From positions 12,401-76,400 of the forward strand of contig JAGOUW010000001.1 in the NCBI GenBank assembly GCA_018061075.1: 64,000 bases of DNA, given 5' to 3'. Made by a program: the position numbers and the translations under genes. This document shows, piece after piece, positions 62,652 through 64,000 of the stretch. Each line of letters starts with the position of its first letter. Positions within the stretch are counted from its first letter, which is position 1. The stretch is from Candidatus Levyibacteriota bacterium. GTDB taxonomy: Bacteria; Patescibacteriota; Microgenomatia; Levybacterales; UBA12049. Under the pieces are notes generated by a model. That model made no database searches and was not told where the DNA came from. It worked only from the letters and a program-made list of their open reading frames with translations.

Positions 62652-64000
62652 TGATAGAAGCTATGAGTACAACACCAGGCGTCGGAGACGGATTACCAAT
62701 CCCTTTAACAGAAGCTGTAAGACCAGTGAGTAAACCTGCTGGACCAGCTCCTATTACTCCTGAAGCAGCTACCAATAATCAGGCGCTTGCATCAATAATA
62801 AGCAGAGATTTAGGAGCAAATCCTACTAGATTAGATGCAGCTCTGGCTGACGCCGCAAGAGTTGACCAATCTGTAGTTCCACCCGCAGTAGATGGTATAA
62901 CTCCACTATCAGAAGCTTTACCTATAGCTGAGCCATTACCCGCAGTTGAGCCCCAGAGACCAGAAACTATGTCTGACGACCCTAGATATAAAGGTTTAGT
63001 TCAGGATCTTAGTCTTAATTATCTAAGATCAAGTGATAGCGAGTGGTTTAATGATAGATTTCCAGATCCATCAGTTGACGAAAATGGATATTTAACAGAT
63101 AAAGATGGTCATAAATGGCTTCCAAGTCAAAATATTGGTGGTAGATTTGCAGAAATGGAAGCAAAAGCTAGAGATCGATTTGCTGAGCTTTACCCAGACG
63201 ACGCAAGAGCATATTCTTCAAAAGCAGGAGAACCAATTACGGAAAGAGCGGATTCAGATCCGGCAACTGTAGCTACGGAAACAAGTCTGGATCATGCAGA
63301 CAGCGCTGACCTCCCAGTAGTCCCAGTTGTGGAAAGCCCTGCTGAAGACCTCGATGCATCAGGCACTGATCTAGATGATACAACAGGTGGATTAACTGAC
63401 GAACAAATTGCTCAGGCTCTAGCTGATATTACAAAAGACTCTCAACCTGCGACTGGTCTTTCATTCGGATTTAGTGAAAAGGCGAGACAAGCACTTGCCG
63501 AAGCAGAAGCGAAGGGAGAATTAAGTGTAGCTGACAGAAAAGCTCTTACTACTGAAATTGAGAGAGCCGAGTACCAAGAGTCATTATTAAGAATAAATAT
63601 TCCTGTACTTGCCGCGAAAGAGAGCCTAGGAGCAAAAAAAGGAACAAAAGAGGAAATCACTACAGCTAAGATTGCACTTAAAGAGGCGACGGCTAAAAGA
63701 AAAGAAGCGTACCGTGAAATGTTTGAAGGAGTAAAAAAATCAGCTAAAGCTGCTCACCGAGAATATAGCGAAGTTCTTGGAGAGATAAAATCTGATGCGA
63801 AAATTCAAATGGAAAGCTTTGAGGCTTCCTATAAAGATGCCCAGGAAAAAGGAACACCCGAAGAAATTGCAGATGCAAAAACGCGGTTTGAGGCTGCACG
63901 AGAACATTACTCAGTGATCAAAAAAGAAAAAAGAAAAGATCTAATCAAAGGACTATTAAAAGCTTTTGGCCTTAGCGCAGTCACTACCATAATCTCTGAC
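62652..64000 (+). CDS. large hypothetical acidic/Ala-rich protein, partial (runs off the window end; not in the supplied ORF track)
   Basis: Uninterrupted reading frame from the ATG at 62652 to the window edge (449+ codons). A TTGACA/TATAAAT-like promoter lies just upstream. GC above local average. Confidence 0.55.

Overview
This is a low-GC (~35%), gene-dense bacterial window, mostly minus-strand housekeeping genes. The content and architecture fit a Candidate Phyla Radiation (Patescibacteria) genome: an ATP-dependent DNA ligase, a class II B12-dependent ribonucleotide reductase, a stand-alone 5'-3' exonuclease, an rRNA intron, and a 23S gene with no 16S next to it.

- **rRNA region (left edge):** most of a 23S rRNA gene lies on the minus strand. 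A ~342-nt group I intron interrupts it, and a tRNA-Ala(UGC) sits in its upstream spacer.
- **Housekeeping genes:** trxB-trxA-dsbA-like thiol redox cluster, zur-zupT zinc module, pth, ATP-dependent DNA ligase, Fic, gpsA, nnrD, recF, pyrH, fpg, GT4 glycosyltransferase, 5'-3' exonuclease, ftsH, trpS, tgt, murD, pgk, rpe, smpB, comF, NUDIX hydrolase, two tandem class A penicillin-binding proteins (PBPs), and a SpoIID/LytB-domain protein.
- **RNA genes:** tmRNA (ssrA) directly after smpB; tRNA-Met(CAU); tRNA-Ile(UAU); a Ser/Arg tRNA cluster (Ser-GCU, an odd type-II tRNA with an apparent ACU anticodon, Arg-GCG, Ser-CGA, Ser-GGA).
- **Most coherent unusual system:** a cobalamin-dependent nucleotide-reduction module. 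It reads nrdR then nrdJ (class II RNR with a C-terminal zinc ribbon), followed by a putative cobalamin riboswitch controlling a three-gene B12 operon. That operon encodes a DUF4430 B12-binding surface protein, a small ECF-S-like membrane protein, and a PduO-type ATP:cob(I)alamin adenosyltransferase.
- **Next to that module:** an orphan TraD/VirD4-type coupling-protein-like ATPase lies beside tRNA-Ile(UAU) and a XerC/D-like tyrosine recombinase. This may be a mobile-element remnant.

No CRISPR arrays or clear defence operons were seen. All calls come from reading the sequence and ORF translations by eye; no searches were run.
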